Shown here: one piece after another, positions 37,045-47,195 of the stretch
How positions within the stretch are numbered: the stretch's first letter is position 1
Layout of the letters: the number at the start of each line of letters is the position of its first letter
Origin: Candidatus Woesearchaeota archaeon
GTDB lineage: Archaea; Nanobdellota; Nanobdellia; Woesearchaeales; GW2011-AR4
Direction of reading: 5' to 3'
Assembly (NCBI GenBank): GCA_016187465.1
Contig: JACPJQ010000004.1
Span: 7,092-71,091, forward strand
Length of the DNA stretch: 64,000 bases
The notes under the pieces: generated by a model
The model's input: the letters and a program-made list of their open reading frames with translations, nothing else
Told to the model about the DNA's origin: nothing
The model's database searches: none
Program-made: the position numbers and the translations under genes

Positions 37045-37625
37045 TATTTCACAACTCCAAGGATTGCATACACTAGCCTGTCCTTTATTCTTATAAAGTC
37101 CTGATTTGATGCAGCTTCCGCTATAATGCAGTCCTTTTGATAGTGTATATTTGTGGAGTTACTGTATTTGAAGAAAATCACAGGCACATTTGGCGTTGCA
37201 TCATTGCAGGTTATAACAGGCAAATTGAATGTCGTATTTGTTGTAAATCCCTTTCTAAAATAAATGTTGTACGTCGCCAGCGTTAATTCCATCTGATGAT
37301 GCGCAAGCGCAATCGCTTCCCTGTATGTGCTGTTAAAATCATAAGTAGCGTCTATTTCAAACTTGTTTTGGAGCCTGCTGGAGATATCGCTGGGAACAGG
37401 AATGCTTTCGACTTCGCTCGGCAAAAAACTGAAAGCTGCATAATTACCGTTTATTTTTGCTTCCAGATGATCTGGGTACCTGACAAATTTTATTTCGGTG
37501 TCTTTTATGATCTCATTTTGGGGCCCAAAATCCAAAAAAACGAAGCTGACAGACGTTCCTATCATTATGAAGACGATAAAAAGTATCAAGCCCCACCTTT
37601 TTTTTCCTTTGTTCTCTTTCATCAA
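37044..37625 (-). CDS. Membrane-anchored hypothetical protein, distant paralog of the neighbour
   Basis: N-terminal TM; PVITC...CIIAEA...DRLVY. Confidence 0.7.
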   Translation of the reverse strand: MMKENKGKKRWGLILFIVFIMIGTSVSFVFLDFGPQNEIIKDTEIKFVRYPDHLEAKINGNYAAFSFLPSEVESIPVPSDISSRLQNKFEIDATYDFNSTYREAIALAHHQMELTLATYNIYFRKGFTTNTTFNLPVITCNDATPNVPVIFFKYSNSTNIHYQKDCIIAEAASNQDFIRIKDRLVYAILGVVK

Positions 37626-37705
37626 AGAAGTGGATAAAGGCGGTTATTTAAAGGTTTTTCTCATTAGTGCCAAATGCATACAAAAAAAGAAATATTTAAA
37701 TACAG

Positions 37706-37738
37706 ATATATCGTTACCGATATATCGAAATCGATAGA
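37706..37738. promoter_or_regulatory. Tandem TATCG-N4-CGATA palindromes downstream of a TATA box; candidate PadR operator
   Basis: GATATATCGTTACCGATATATCGAAATCGATAG. Confidence 0.55.
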
Positions 37739-37776
37739 TTTTGAATATTAGAGACTGCATCAGCAATCTCCCTTTA

Positions 37777-37841
37777 TATAGCAAATGACACAATTATTTA
37801 TACATAAATAAGTCATTTGCTTATTACGAACGGACAACTAT
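37777..37841. mobile_element. 65-nt short form of the 139-bp element (lacks the internal insert)
   Basis: TATAGCAAATGAC...GTCATTTGCT-TATTACGAACGGACAACTAT. Confidence 0.7.
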
Positions 37842-37882
37842 TGTATAATTATTTTTGTCCGTGAGTATAGGATGTGATATAA

Positions 37883-38380
37883 ATGATGGCCGGCTATCTA
37901 AGATCGATTGTAATGAAGACCTTGCTAAACAAAAAACTTTCAGGCTATGACTTAATTAAACAGATAGAAAAAGATACTGGCACTTGGAAGCCGAGCTTTG
38001 GCTCGATTTACCCGCTTCTTGAAAAATTACTGAAGGAAAAGCTTGTCGAAGTCGAAGTTCAAGGCAGGAAAAAGCTTTATTTTTTAACATCCAGTGGCAA
38101 AGAGTACCTCAAAACTGTCAACAAAAGCAAAAATATCATTGTGGACAAGATGATTGCCACGTGGAAAGTGTTTGGCAGGATAACTGACAAAAGAGAAATG
38201 GGGTTTATGCTTGAAGTATTTAACAGCCTGAAAAAAGGCCAGCTTCCGTTCAAGGAGCTGAACCCCGAGCTTAACCAGTTCAGAGCGACGATTTTTGACC
38301 TGTATTCAAAAGGCAAAGACAGGAAGAAGATTAAAGGCGTTTTAAAGAATACCATTAAAAAACTTGCATCAATAAAATGA
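37883..38380 (+). CDS. PadR family regulator
   Basis: SGYDLIK...WKPSFGSIYPLLEKL...GRKKLYFLTSSG. Confidence 0.92.
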   Translation: MMAGYLRSIVMKTLLNKKLSGYDLIKQIEKDTGTWKPSFGSIYPLLEKLLKEKLVEVEVQGRKKLYFLTSSGKEYLKTVNKSKNIIVDKMIATWKVFGRITDKREMGFMLEVFNSLKKGQLPFKELNPELNQFRATIFDLYSKGKDRKKIKGVLKNTIKKLASIK

Positions 38381-39078
38381 AAAAGTCCATCATAAAATTG
38401 GAAAATGTCTGGAAAGTGTACCAGATGGGCAATGTTGAAGTAAATGCCCTGCAGGGGCTCAGCCTTGACGTAAAAGAAGGGGAATTTCTTGCAATAATGG
38501 GCCCGTCCGGCTCCGGCAAATCAACCGCAGTCAACATGATCGGCTGCTTAGATGTTCCCACAAAAGGAAGGATATTGCTTGACGGCCATGACATTTCAAA
38601 ATTAAGCGAGTCAGAGCTTGCCCAGGTAAGGGGCAAAAAAATTGGTTTTATCTTCCAGCAGTTCAACCTGATTCCAACACTGACTGCGCTTGAAAATGTT
38701 GCCTTGCCGATTGTATTCCAGTCTGTTGGCAGGGAAACAAGAATAAAGAAGTCTACAGAATTACTGAATATCGTTGAACTTGGAGACAGAATGCACCACA
38801 AGCCTGCAGAGCTGTCGGGAGGCCAGCAGCAAAGAGTTGCAATAGCACGCTCTTTGGCCAATGACCCTGAAGTCATTTTAGCTGATGAGCCTACAGGAAA
38901 TCTTGATTCAAAGACAGGAGAGATAGTCATGAAGTTTTTGCAGAACCTCAATAGAAAGGAAGGCAAAACGATAATTACGGTGACGCACGACAGTAATGTG
39001 GCGCGGCATGCTGACCGAATTGAGTTCCTTAAAGACGGGAAGGTCATAAAATCGTTAAATAACAGGAAAGGTGATTAA
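38377..39078 (+). CDS. LolD/MacB-type ABC ATPase
   Basis: GPSGSGKS, LSGGQQQRVAIAR, ILADEPTGNLD. Confidence 0.95.
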   Translation: MKKSIIKLENVWKVYQMGNVEVNALQGLSLDVKEGEFLAIMGPSGSGKSTAVNMIGCLDVPTKGRILLDGHDISKLSESELAQVRGKKIGFIFQQFNLIPTLTALENVALPIVFQSVGRETRIKKSTELLNIVELGDRMHHKPAELSGGQQQRVAIARSLANDPEVILADEPTGNLDSKTGEIVMKFLQNLNRKEGKTIITVTHDSNVARHADRIEFLKDGKVIKSLNNRKGD

Positions 39079-40330
39079 AATGAAGAAGCTAGTAGTTTTA
39101 GTTTTGTTTATAATGGCTACAAGCCTGGTAAGCGCAGCTGTTAGTTCAGAGTATTATGGGGAAAGCCCAAAGATCATTGTGAGCCTTGCAAACCAGGACC
39201 CTGACCCTGTAGAGCCGGGCAAAATTGTCGAGGTAAGCTTCAAGATGGACAACCAAGGCACACTGGCAAATAATGTTGTTTTTGATATAGAGCCAGAGTA
39301 CCCGTTCTCGTTATTACCCGGGGAGGCCAAAACAAAGATTCTAGGCACTTTGGGCACATCCCAAAACGGCGAAAGAACAGTCTTTGTCAAGTACAAGCTT
39401 AAAGTTGACCAAAATGCCGTTGACGGCAGCCATGAAATAAAAGTAAGGTACAAAACAGAGAATTTTGATTTATGGAACATGTTAGAGGATTTAATCATTA
39501 AGGTGCAGTCTAAGGATGCAATACTTTCAGTTGAGAAATACACAACAACGCCAGAAGTTGTAGCTCCAGGCTCAAAAGCAAAATTGATGATAGGGCTCAG
39601 AAACCATGCGTCATCTATCCTCAAGGATGTGAAAATCACCCTCGATCTTGGAAAAAGCGGAGATGAGCAGACTCCATTTGCGCCAGTGGGCTCTACAAAT
39701 GAGAAAGTAATATCGGTTGTTGATGCGCAAGGATACATACCTTTGGAGTTCAGCTTGATGGCTGATCCCGACGCGAAATCAAAAGTCTACAAAGTGCCGT
39801 TGAAAATGCAGTACTCAGACATAATAAACAAGAATTATTCAAAAACGTTGATTATTGCTGTAGTTGTTGGGGCCGAGCCTGACATATCTGTTTATATTGA
39901 TAGCACTAAAGTTTATACTGCCGGCAAAACAGGAGAAGTGACTGTGAAAATTGTCAACAAGGGGCTTACAGACGTAAAATTTCTGAATGTAAACCTTGAC
40001 AAGGCGGATGGGTACAAAGTACTCTCCCCTTACGAGGTATATCTGGGCAACATAGACTCGGATGACTACGAAACTGCTGACTTTAAGCTTGGCATTGACA
40101 AAACAAGCAAGGGTAAGACAATTCTGCCTTTGACAATTGAATATAAGGATGCAAACAATGCAGATTACAAAAAGAAAGTTAATCTGGAGCTTCCAATTTA
40201 CACAAGCTCAGAGGCAAAAAGATTGGGGCTTGTTGAAGGCAACGGCAAAATTAAGTGGATTATCGTTGTAATAGTGATTGTTGGAGGGTTTTTTGGCTAC
40301 AGGATGTGGCGCAAGAAGCACAGAAAATAG
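39071..40330 (+). CDS. COG1361 S-layer-like Ig-repeat protein
   Basis: Signal peptide, QDPDPVEPG, repeated Ig units, C-terminal TM. Confidence 0.85.
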   Translation: MIKMKKLVVLVLFIMATSLVSAAVSSEYYGESPKIIVSLANQDPDPVEPGKIVEVSFKMDNQGTLANNVVFDIEPEYPFSLLPGEAKTKILGTLGTSQNGERTVFVKYKLKVDQNAVDGSHEIKVRYKTENFDLWNMLEDLIIKVQSKDAILSVEKYTTTPEVVAPGSKAKLMIGLRNHASSILKDVKITLDLGKSGDEQTPFAPVGSTNEKVISVVDAQGYIPLEFSLMADPDAKSKVYKVPLKMQYSDIINKNYSKTLIIAVVVGAEPDISVYIDSTKVYTAGKTGEVTVKIVNKGLTDVKFLNVNLDKADGYKVLSPYEVYLGNIDSDDYETADFKLGIDKTSKGKTILPLTIEYKDANNADYKKKVNLELPIYTSSEAKRLGLVEGNGKIKWIIVVIVIVGGFFGYRMWRKKHRK

Positions 40331-40343
40331 CTCCTGACTCAAG

Positions 40344-41570
40344 ATGCACAGGGATCATTTTGTATATTCAGTCAGAAATCTAAAGAACAGAGGCTTAAGG
40401 TCATGGCTCACTATGATTGGGATATTCATAGGAATAGCTGCTGTTGTTTCTCTTATCGGTTTGGGTGAAGGGTTAAGAGTTGCTATAATGTCCCAATTCG
40501 GTTTTCTTGGTCCTGATGTGCTTGGAGTTCAGGCAGCTGGATTGGCATTTGCAGGGCCTCCTGGAACAGGCGTTGTTGACCCATTGGCAGATGACTTAGC
40601 TGAAAAAATAAAAAATGTCAATGGAGTTAAAGCGGCATTTAACAGGTACTTGGAATCCGGCACTTTGGAATTTAATGACAAGCGGGGAATTGGAATTGCA
40701 GCTTCTGTGCCTGAAGGGGAAAACAAGAAAATTTTTGAAACAATGGTGAATCTGAAGGCAGAAGAGGGGAGGCTGCTGAAAGACAGCGACTCAAGAAAAG
40801 TTGTTCTTGGCAATGATTTCAAAAAGGGCGAAACTTTTGGAAAGGCAATAAAGCCCGGCGACAGGGTTCTGGTTAACGGCATAAGTTTTGAGGTTGTCGG
40901 CATTCTTGAAAAAAAAGGGAGCTTCATTTTTGACAGCATAGTGCTAATGAACGAGCAGACAATGTTTGATGTAATTGGCACAAACAAGGCTCAGGTGAAT
41001 GTAATCGCTGTAAAGGTTGAGGATGCCGGCAGAATAGGCGAGGTCAAGGAAGGCATTGAAAAACTTCTGAGAAAAGAAAGGAATGTAAAAAAAGGCGAGG
41101 AGAATTTTCAGGTCAACAGCCCGCAGCAGACTCTTGAAGCTTTAAGCTCCACCCTATTTGCTGTGCAGCTTTTTGTTTATATCATTGCTGCCATCTCCCT
41201 TGCTGTTGGGGGCATTGGAATAATGAACACAATGTACACCTCAGTTCTCGAAAGGACTAAAGAAATCGGAATAATGAAATCAATAGGAGCAAGAAATTCC
41301 GCCATTTTCACGATATTTTTTGTTGAGTCAGGGCTTTTAGGAATGGTCGGCGGTATAATTGGCGTGATTCTTGGATTGAGCTTTGCGTTCGGGCTGTCAG
41401 CAGTTGGACGAGCAGTTTTAGGCTCTGAGCTGATTCAGGCAAGCATAAGCCCGTTCCTGATTATCGGGGCGCTGCTGTTTTCATTTGCACTAGGAACTGT
41501 CTTTGGAGTGCTGCCCGCATATCGGGCGTCAAAGCTGAACCCAGTTGACTCGCTAAGGAGCGCAAAATGA
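40344..41570 (+). CDS. MacB/FtsX-type ABC permease
   Basis: RSWLTMIGIFIGI, GIMNTMYTSVLERTKEIGIMKSIGA. Confidence 0.93.
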   Translation: MHRDHFVYSVRNLKNRGLRSWLTMIGIFIGIAAVVSLIGLGEGLRVAIMSQFGFLGPDVLGVQAAGLAFAGPPGTGVVDPLADDLAEKIKNVNGVKAAFNRYLESGTLEFNDKRGIGIAASVPEGENKKIFETMVNLKAEEGRLLKDSDSRKVVLGNDFKKGETFGKAIKPGDRVLVNGISFEVVGILEKKGSFIFDSIVLMNEQTMFDVIGTNKAQVNVIAVKVEDAGRIGEVKEGIEKLLRKERNVKKGEENFQVNSPQQTLEALSSTLFAVQLFVYIIAAISLAVGGIGIMNTMYTSVLERTKEIGIMKSIGARNSAIFTIFFVESGLLGMVGGIIGVILGLSFAFGLSAVGRAVLGSELIQASISPFLIIGALLFSFALGTVFGVLPAYRASKLNPVDSLRSAK

Positions 41571-42778
41571 GAATTGATGAAATTAAATATTCCCTCCAGC
41601 ATGTAAGGAAAAGAAAATTGAGAAGCTGGCTTACAATACTTTCCATACTTATCGGCATTGCTGCAATATTTGCGCTGCTCAGCTTCGGAATCGGAATTCA
41701 GAATTATGTCAATACTCTCGCTGATGAGTCCGGAAGGAACAAGATTTTTGTGCAGGCAAAGGGGATTGGAGCGCCTGGAACTGACGAGAATTTTTTCATA
41801 AGCAGGGAAGATGTCGATTTCATAAGCAAGATAAAGGGTGTTGATGAGATGGCAGGCATGTATTTCCAAGCAGGTGAAATAGAATTTGAGGATGTGAAGA
41901 AGTTTTATTTTGTGTCAGGGCTTGATCCAAACAAGATAGAGTTTATTGAGGAAAGCTTTGCCAATGAAATAATAAAAGGAAGAAGACTCAGGAACGGCGA
42001 CTTGAGCAAGGCAGTTCTTGGGTACAACTACCAGTTTGACGAAAAGATATTCAAGAGAGGTGCAAAGCTCGGTGACAAGATTAAAATCAACGGCAATCCC
42101 TACGAGGTTGTTGGTTTTTTTGGCGAAGTAGGCAATCCAAGCGATGATGCCAATGTGTACATAACCAACAAGGCATTTGAGCAGCTGTATCCCAAGAAAA
42201 AAGACAAATTCGGGTTTATAATGATAAGCTCCCAAAATGGTGTTAACCCAGGCGAGCTTGCCGAAAAGATAGAAGAAAAATTAAGAAAATTCAAAAACCA
42301 GGAAGAGGGAAAGGAAGATTTTTTTGTGCAGACATTTGAGGATGCATTAGCAACTTTCACTACAGTAATAAATATGATCAATGGCGTGCTTGTTTTGATT
42401 GCTTTTGTGTCAATGCTTGTTGCTTTTGTGAATATAATGAACACAATGTACACTGCAATTATAGAAAGGACTAAAGAGATTGGAGTGATGAAGGCTGTAG
42501 GCGCAAAAAACGAGGACATTCTGCTTATCTTCATGTTTGAATCAGGATTTCTTGGATTAGTTGGCGGGATTGCAGGAGTGATAGTTGGGTATGCAGTCGC
42601 GAGCATTGGCGGGGCTGCTGCTGCAGCAAACGGATTTGCATTGCTCAGGCCGGAATTTCCAGTTGCATTGATAATCGGATGCCTTTTGTTTGCTTTTATT
42701 ATCGGGGCCGTAGCCGGATACTTCCCGGCAAGAAGGGCTTCAAGATTAAAGCCAGTGGATGCGCTGAGGTATGAGTGA
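41567..42778 (+). CDS. MacB/FtsX-type ABC permease
   Basis: RSWLTILSILIGI, ERTKEIGVMKAVGA, PVDALRYE. Confidence 0.93.
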   Translation: MRIDEIKYSLQHVRKRKLRSWLTILSILIGIAAIFALLSFGIGIQNYVNTLADESGRNKIFVQAKGIGAPGTDENFFISREDVDFISKIKGVDEMAGMYFQAGEIEFEDVKKFYFVSGLDPNKIEFIEESFANEIIKGRRLRNGDLSKAVLGYNYQFDEKIFKRGAKLGDKIKINGNPYEVVGFFGEVGNPSDDANVYITNKAFEQLYPKKKDKFGFIMISSQNGVNPGELAEKIEEKLRKFKNQEEGKEDFFVQTFEDALATFTTVINMINGVLVLIAFVSMLVAFVNIMNTMYTAIIERTKEIGVMKAVGAKNEDILLIFMFESGFLGLVGGIAGVIVGYAVASIGGAAAAANGFALLRPEFPVALIIGCLLFAFIIGAVAGYFPARRASRLKPVDALRYE

Positions 42779-42862
42779 GAAATTTAGTAAACTTTATATA
42801 TGTATTCAATATATATCTAATTTGTAGTTAAATATATATTTAATTGTATCAAAACAAGAGGT

Positions 42863-43138
42863 ATGCAAAAGGGGATGGTAATCGCTGTATCTTTATTAAA
42901 ATCAAGTGGATATAGATTGAAGATAGTGCAAGCCATAGGCAATGATACTTTAACCCCTTCTGAAATCTCAAATAAAATAAATATACGATTAAACCATGTT
43001 AGCTTATTTCTTAAAGAATTAAAAAATAAAAATCTAGTTAAATGCCTTAACGAAGAAAGCAGAAAAGGCAGGTTATATGAATTGACAGAACTGGGCAAAA
43101 ATGCAATCAATAAACTTCTCAAAAGTCAAGCCCGATAA
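42863..43138 (+). CDS. Small winged-helix regulator
   Basis: TPSEIS...HVS..LKEL..KNLVKC.NE..RKGRLYELT..G. Confidence 0.8.
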   Translation: MQKGMVIAVSLLKSSGYRLKIVQAIGNDTLTPSEISNKINIRLNHVSLFLKELKNKNLVKCLNEESRKGRLYELTELGKNAINKLLKSQAR

Positions 43139-43705
43139 TAGAGCAGCACTATTGAATTTAAAAAATTCTTTTCCATTTTCTTTTTTAGATTGGGCTTTTA
43201 TGTATGCCACATATTTGCATTTCTTTTCAACAATCTCTTTCAAATTCTCAAATGTGTAATAAATTTCAAGTTCGTCTAACTTATTGCTTTGCAGATTCTT
43301 TATTCTTATGAATATTTTTTTATTTGTTTCATCAACGTCTAGCTTAAAGCCACATTTTTCAACAAATGTGTTAAATTTGATAGCAGAAAAAGTGCTGTGT
43401 ATTATTTTGACTACAAATTCTGTATCTTTTTGTCCATATTTTTCTCGTAAAAGAGAATTTACTTTTTTAGGATGAGTTTGAGCATCAGTAAAAAGAGTTA
43501 TCATTGATTGTGCTAACTCTCTTGATGATTTTATTTCAAGAACATCTTTGTAATCTGCTAATAAATTGTTATTTTCTACAATTCCTATTAAATCTTCAAA
43601 GGTTTTACCTATACCGGTATCGTGAGTTCTATGTGATTCAATCCAGCCCTTCTCTTTTATAGCTAAAAAATCGTTCTTGAAACTTTCAGCAACTTTACTA
43701 TCCAT
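43073..43705 (-). pseudogene. MvaI/BcnI family restriction endonuclease, apparently C-terminally truncated
   Basis: GIGKTFEDLIGIVENN...ADY...EIKS.R...ITLFT; 3' end runs antisense into the HTH gene. Confidence 0.65.
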
Positions 43706-43783
43706 AAACTTATTTCTAGATACAAAATATATATTGACATATCACAAATTAGGTATAATCTAGATACAAAATTTAGAAAGTAA

Positions 43784-45295
43784 TCATTTTCCCTTGTGCT
43801 TCTTCCTCAGCTCTTCCTTCAGAATCTTGCCCATTGAATTCTTTGGCAAAGCATCTACAAATTCAACAAACTTTGGCTTTTTGAAAGAGGCAAGCTTTTC
43901 CTTGCAGTAGTCAATCACTTCATCTTCTGTCAGTTTAGAGCCTTGATTTAAGACTACATAAGCCTTGACTGACTCCCCAAACTCCTTGTCAGGAACCCCT
44001 ACAACAGCGCACTCCTTGACTTGGGGCATTGATTCAATTACATCCTCAATCTCCCTTGGATATATGTTTATGCCTCCGGATTTTATCACGTCTTTTGATC
44101 TTCCGACGATATAAACATAGCCTTTATCGTCAATTTTTCCAATATCGCCAGTTGCAAACCACCCGTCCTTGAAGGCATGCTTGTTGTAATTCGGCTTATG
44201 CCAATAGCCGCTAAAGACATTCGGGCCTTTGATAAGTATTTCCCCTTCTGTGCCGACGCTAACATCGCTGTAATTTTGATCTACTATCCGCACTTTGACT
44301 CCCGGCAGGCACGGACCGACAGAACCAGGAATTCTCTCGCCGTCATAAGGGTTTGAGAAGTTCATCATCGACTCTGACATTCCTGCTCTTTCCAAAATTT
44401 CTTTGCCAAAAGCCTTTTTCAGCTTGTGGAACAATTCTCTTGACAACGGAGCAGAGCCTGAGACAAAAAGCCTCATTGAGGAAGTGTCGTATTTCCCAAG
44501 CCCTTCAACCTCAAGAAGCTTGAAATACATTGTAGGCACGCCCATGAACATAGTAACTTTTCTTTTTTGCATGGCCTCGAACACCTCTTCTGCGGCAAAT
44601 TTCTTTTTCAGGATTACGAAATTGCCGACAAAAAGCGAGCCGCACAAAGCAACCCCTATCCCGTGGATATGATATAATGGAAGGGTAAGAAGCAATACAT
44701 CGTCCTCTGTCCATTTCCATGCCTGCGCAAGGGCTTTGATGTTTGATGTTAGGTTAACTTGATTTAGCACAGCGCCTTTCGGCTTTCCCGTTGTGCCAGA
44801 AGTGTAAAAGATTATTGAATTATCCTCATCTTTAATGATAGTATCGGGCTCTTTGTCAGCGGCATTTTTTGTTATTTCATGAAAATTGTGGGTGTTTTGC
44901 TCGTTGCCGTCAATCAAAATTATATGCTTGAGCTCCGGCAGCTTCGGAATTACTTTTTTTAAAACAGCAAGCCTTTCCATGTCTGTGACAACAGCCTTTG
45001 CCCCGGAATCAGAAAGAATATGGTGGATTTCCTGCTCCTTGAAGCTTATGTTCATTGGCACTATAATGCTGCCGTTCTTGAAGTTGCCCATCAAAGAATA
45101 GACAAGCTCAAGGCAGTTTGGAAGATACTGGGCAACCCTGTCGCCTTTGGCAATTCCTATGCTGTTCAGTGCGTTAGCTGCTTTGTTTGCGTTCAGCTGG
45201 ATTTCATTGAAGGTTACTCTTTGCTCTTCAAACTCAATAGCCACCTTATCAGGCAATCTGAGAGCTGTCTGCTTGAGCAATGCTGCTATTCCCAT
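43784..45295 (-). CDS. Acyl-CoA synthetase (long-chain fatty acid/malonate--CoA ligase type)
   Basis: YTSGTTGKPKG, LPLYHIHG, GWFATGD, GRSKD, LPKNSMGK. Confidence 0.93.
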   Translation of the reverse strand: MGIAALLKQTALRLPDKVAIEFEEQRVTFNEIQLNANKAANALNSIGIAKGDRVAQYLPNCLELVYSLMGNFKNGSIIVPMNISFKEQEIHHILSDSGAKAVVTDMERLAVLKKVIPKLPELKHIILIDGNEQNTHNFHEITKNAADKEPDTIIKDEDNSIIFYTSGTTGKPKGAVLNQVNLTSNIKALAQAWKWTEDDVLLLTLPLYHIHGIGVALCGSLFVGNFVILKKKFAAEEVFEAMQKRKVTMFMGVPTMYFKLLEVEGLGKYDTSSMRLFVSGSAPLSRELFHKLKKAFGKEILERAGMSESMMNFSNPYDGERIPGSVGPCLPGVKVRIVDQNYSDVSVGTEGEILIKGPNVFSGYWHKPNYNKHAFKDGWFATGDIGKIDDKGYVYIVGRSKDVIKSGGINIYPREIEDVIESMPQVKECAVVGVPDKEFGESVKAYVVLNQGSKLTEDEVIDYCKEKLASFKKPKFVEFVDALPKNSMGKILKEELRKKHKGK

Positions 45296-45389
45296 AGTTG
45301 CTCATGCAAACTTAACCAATCCTTTTTAAAATTTCCTTAAAAGTGTATTCTCAAGAATATATTTACTATATGGAAAGAATTAGGCTGCA

Positions 45390-46721
45390 TCACCTTCTAA
45401 GAACATTTTGCTTTTGTGTCGGTAGGGACTGCAATACCGTAGGAGTTTTAATGTAATAATTATTATTTCTTACTTCCTTATCTTGGGGCGTATGTTTGTA
45501 AATATGGGCTGCAGCCCTGACTTTATAGGGGTAATCACGACTTTCTTTTTGCCTGAAAAATGAGGCATATTCCGCAAATTTATCGGTGCCCATCTCGGCC
45601 TTGGCGTATTCTACCCAGTTTGCATTGGTGTTATACTTAACAAGCAGGCTATCCTTATCGTCCTTTGGGTATCTGTCCATTAAAAATTTTAGATGCCTTA
45701 CCCCCATGCAAATATTTTTCTCGGGATCAAAAGCTGCATATCTTCTCGCAAGTTCCACTTTAGTATGTTTGGCTTTTAAATTTTTCAATTCATTTGCATA
45801 AGGTTTGTAATATTTTTTGTCGCCTGTTTTTTTAGCTTTTCTCACATTTTCAGTAATGTAAAGGCTGCCACCGCCGCATTCATCCTTGCGTTTCTCAACT
45901 ACAAAAGGCATTTCCTGCATTAACCCTCCTGCTGACCAGTCAGAGATTGCAGTTGAATCCATCTTAGACTCTGTACTCATAATCCCAAAAACATCCTCAA
46001 GTGAAAGCCTGCCGTCCTTTGCAAGATACTTATTGAAATATTTCTCAACAAATGCCTTATATTCCGTATCAAATTTTCTTATCTGCTTTGTCATTTCGTT
46101 TCTTGCCCATTGTGATTTTGTCATCCAATAAATTTCTGCCTGCAATGGGCGGGGGATTCCTTTAACTTCAACGTATTCTGATGGCGGCACCTCGGGAGAA
46201 GTATAGCTGACTTCCCTAACAGCAGGCGGATTGATTATACGGTCATATAGAATAGGATATTCCATACGGGCTAGAATACCAAGTAGTATTGCAGTTGTTC
46301 CGGTAAATGCTGTCCAGTGCCTTGCTTTATTCTTTTTGCTATGGCGCCGCCATTCACTAATCTTTTCTCCGATATATTGCCGTTTATGCCATGCGCCCAT
46401 TGCGCCCACTAGCAATGCCGCTACTCCTCCTGCCGTCATGGCAATTGCTGCCCTGTCTCCAGAATCATGCGCCTCAAATATGCCCCTAGTGTATTTCTCA
46501 ATCGCAAAAGCACTGCCGGCTAAAATTGCAGTGGCTTCTGAAACTCTGTCTAATCCTCGTTTGAACCGCCAAGCATACTCTTCCAGGACAGGGTTTAGTC
46601 TATATTCTAGTTTGTCTACTCCCTCTGAGATTCGCTCGGAAAAGGTCTTTTTACATGTCGATTTACGAGGCTCTCCTCCGCCAGTTTTCTTTATTCTTCT
46701 TTCTAATCCGTTCATTTTCAC
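45390..46721 (-). CDS. Membrane-anchored SLT-domain lytic transglycosylase-like protein
   Basis: IMSTES, AISDWSAGGLMQ, FDPEKNICMGVRHL, KYN, ESRDYPYKV; N-terminal TMs. Confidence 0.8.
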   Translation of the reverse strand: MKMNGLERRIKKTGGGEPRKSTCKKTFSERISEGVDKLEYRLNPVLEEYAWRFKRGLDRVSEATAILAGSAFAIEKYTRGIFEAHDSGDRAAIAMTAGGVAALLVGAMGAWHKRQYIGEKISEWRRHSKKNKARHWTAFTGTTAILLGILARMEYPILYDRIINPPAVREVSYTSPEVPPSEYVEVKGIPRPLQAEIYWMTKSQWARNEMTKQIRKFDTEYKAFVEKYFNKYLAKDGRLSLEDVFGIMSTESKMDSTAISDWSAGGLMQEMPFVVEKRKDECGGGSLYITENVRKAKKTGDKKYYKPYANELKNLKAKHTKVELARRYAAFDPEKNICMGVRHLKFLMDRYPKDDKDSLLVKYNTNANWVEYAKAEMGTDKFAEYASFFRQKESRDYPYKVRAAAHIYKHTPQDKEVRNNNYYIKTPTVLQSLPTQKQNVLRR

Positions 46722-46794
46722 ATTCTGCTGAATACGTGCAGAAGATTAACTATTTATAAATCTTTCTATTTTTACCACTATCTAATAGTTAAAA

Positions 46795-46940
46795 AGCCTC
46801 CGAAGGGAGTTGAACCCTCGACCTGCGCTTTGCCCTTATTTTTTTGTCAAGCTTTTTTGCCTGTCAAAAGGTTGTACGAGAGCGCCGCTCTTTGGCGTGA
46901 GACCAAGCTAACTTGGAGTCTACCGCTGAGCCACGGAGGC
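46795..46940 (-). tRNA. tRNA-Thr(CGU) with two introns (30 nt in D-loop, 46892..46921; 44 nt at 37/38, 46831..46874)
   Basis: Spliced GCCTCCG TG GCTC AGCGGTA GAGC G GCGCT CTCGTAA AGCGC AGGTC GAGGG TTCAACT CCCTT CGGAGGC T. Confidence 0.9.
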
Positions 46941-47046
46941 AATTATGCAAGGATGCTTCTACCATTTTTAAAATATTCTTAAAAATCCATCAGATAAGGC
47001 AACTTAACAAAAAATGAACAATAACGAGAGCGACTTCTTAAAGCAT

Positions 47047-47185
47047 TATAGTAAAGGACACAAGTTTTTAGACATAAATATGTCCTTTACTTGTCAAAAA
47101 TTTCACGTATTTATTATAAATTGATGAAATTTTTGAGCACTCGAAAACCCGTAAGGTTTTCTTTGTATTACGAACGGACAACTAT
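47047..47185. mobile_element. 139-bp MITE-like composite element, copy 1
   Basis: Identical by eye to 53365..53503 and 60395..60533; ATAGT...ACTAT ends. Confidence 0.85.
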
Positions 47186-47195
47186 AATAATGTAT

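Noticed and set aside
38355..39047. Long antisense ORFs (also 50764..51318, 54210..54812, 39154..39738 and others)
   Set aside because: They are shadows of well-supported genes on the opposite strand.
43734..43759. Bacterial sigma70 promoter TTGACA...TATAAT
   Set aside because: The spacer is 14 bp, it points away from the adjacent gene start, and the genome is archaeal.
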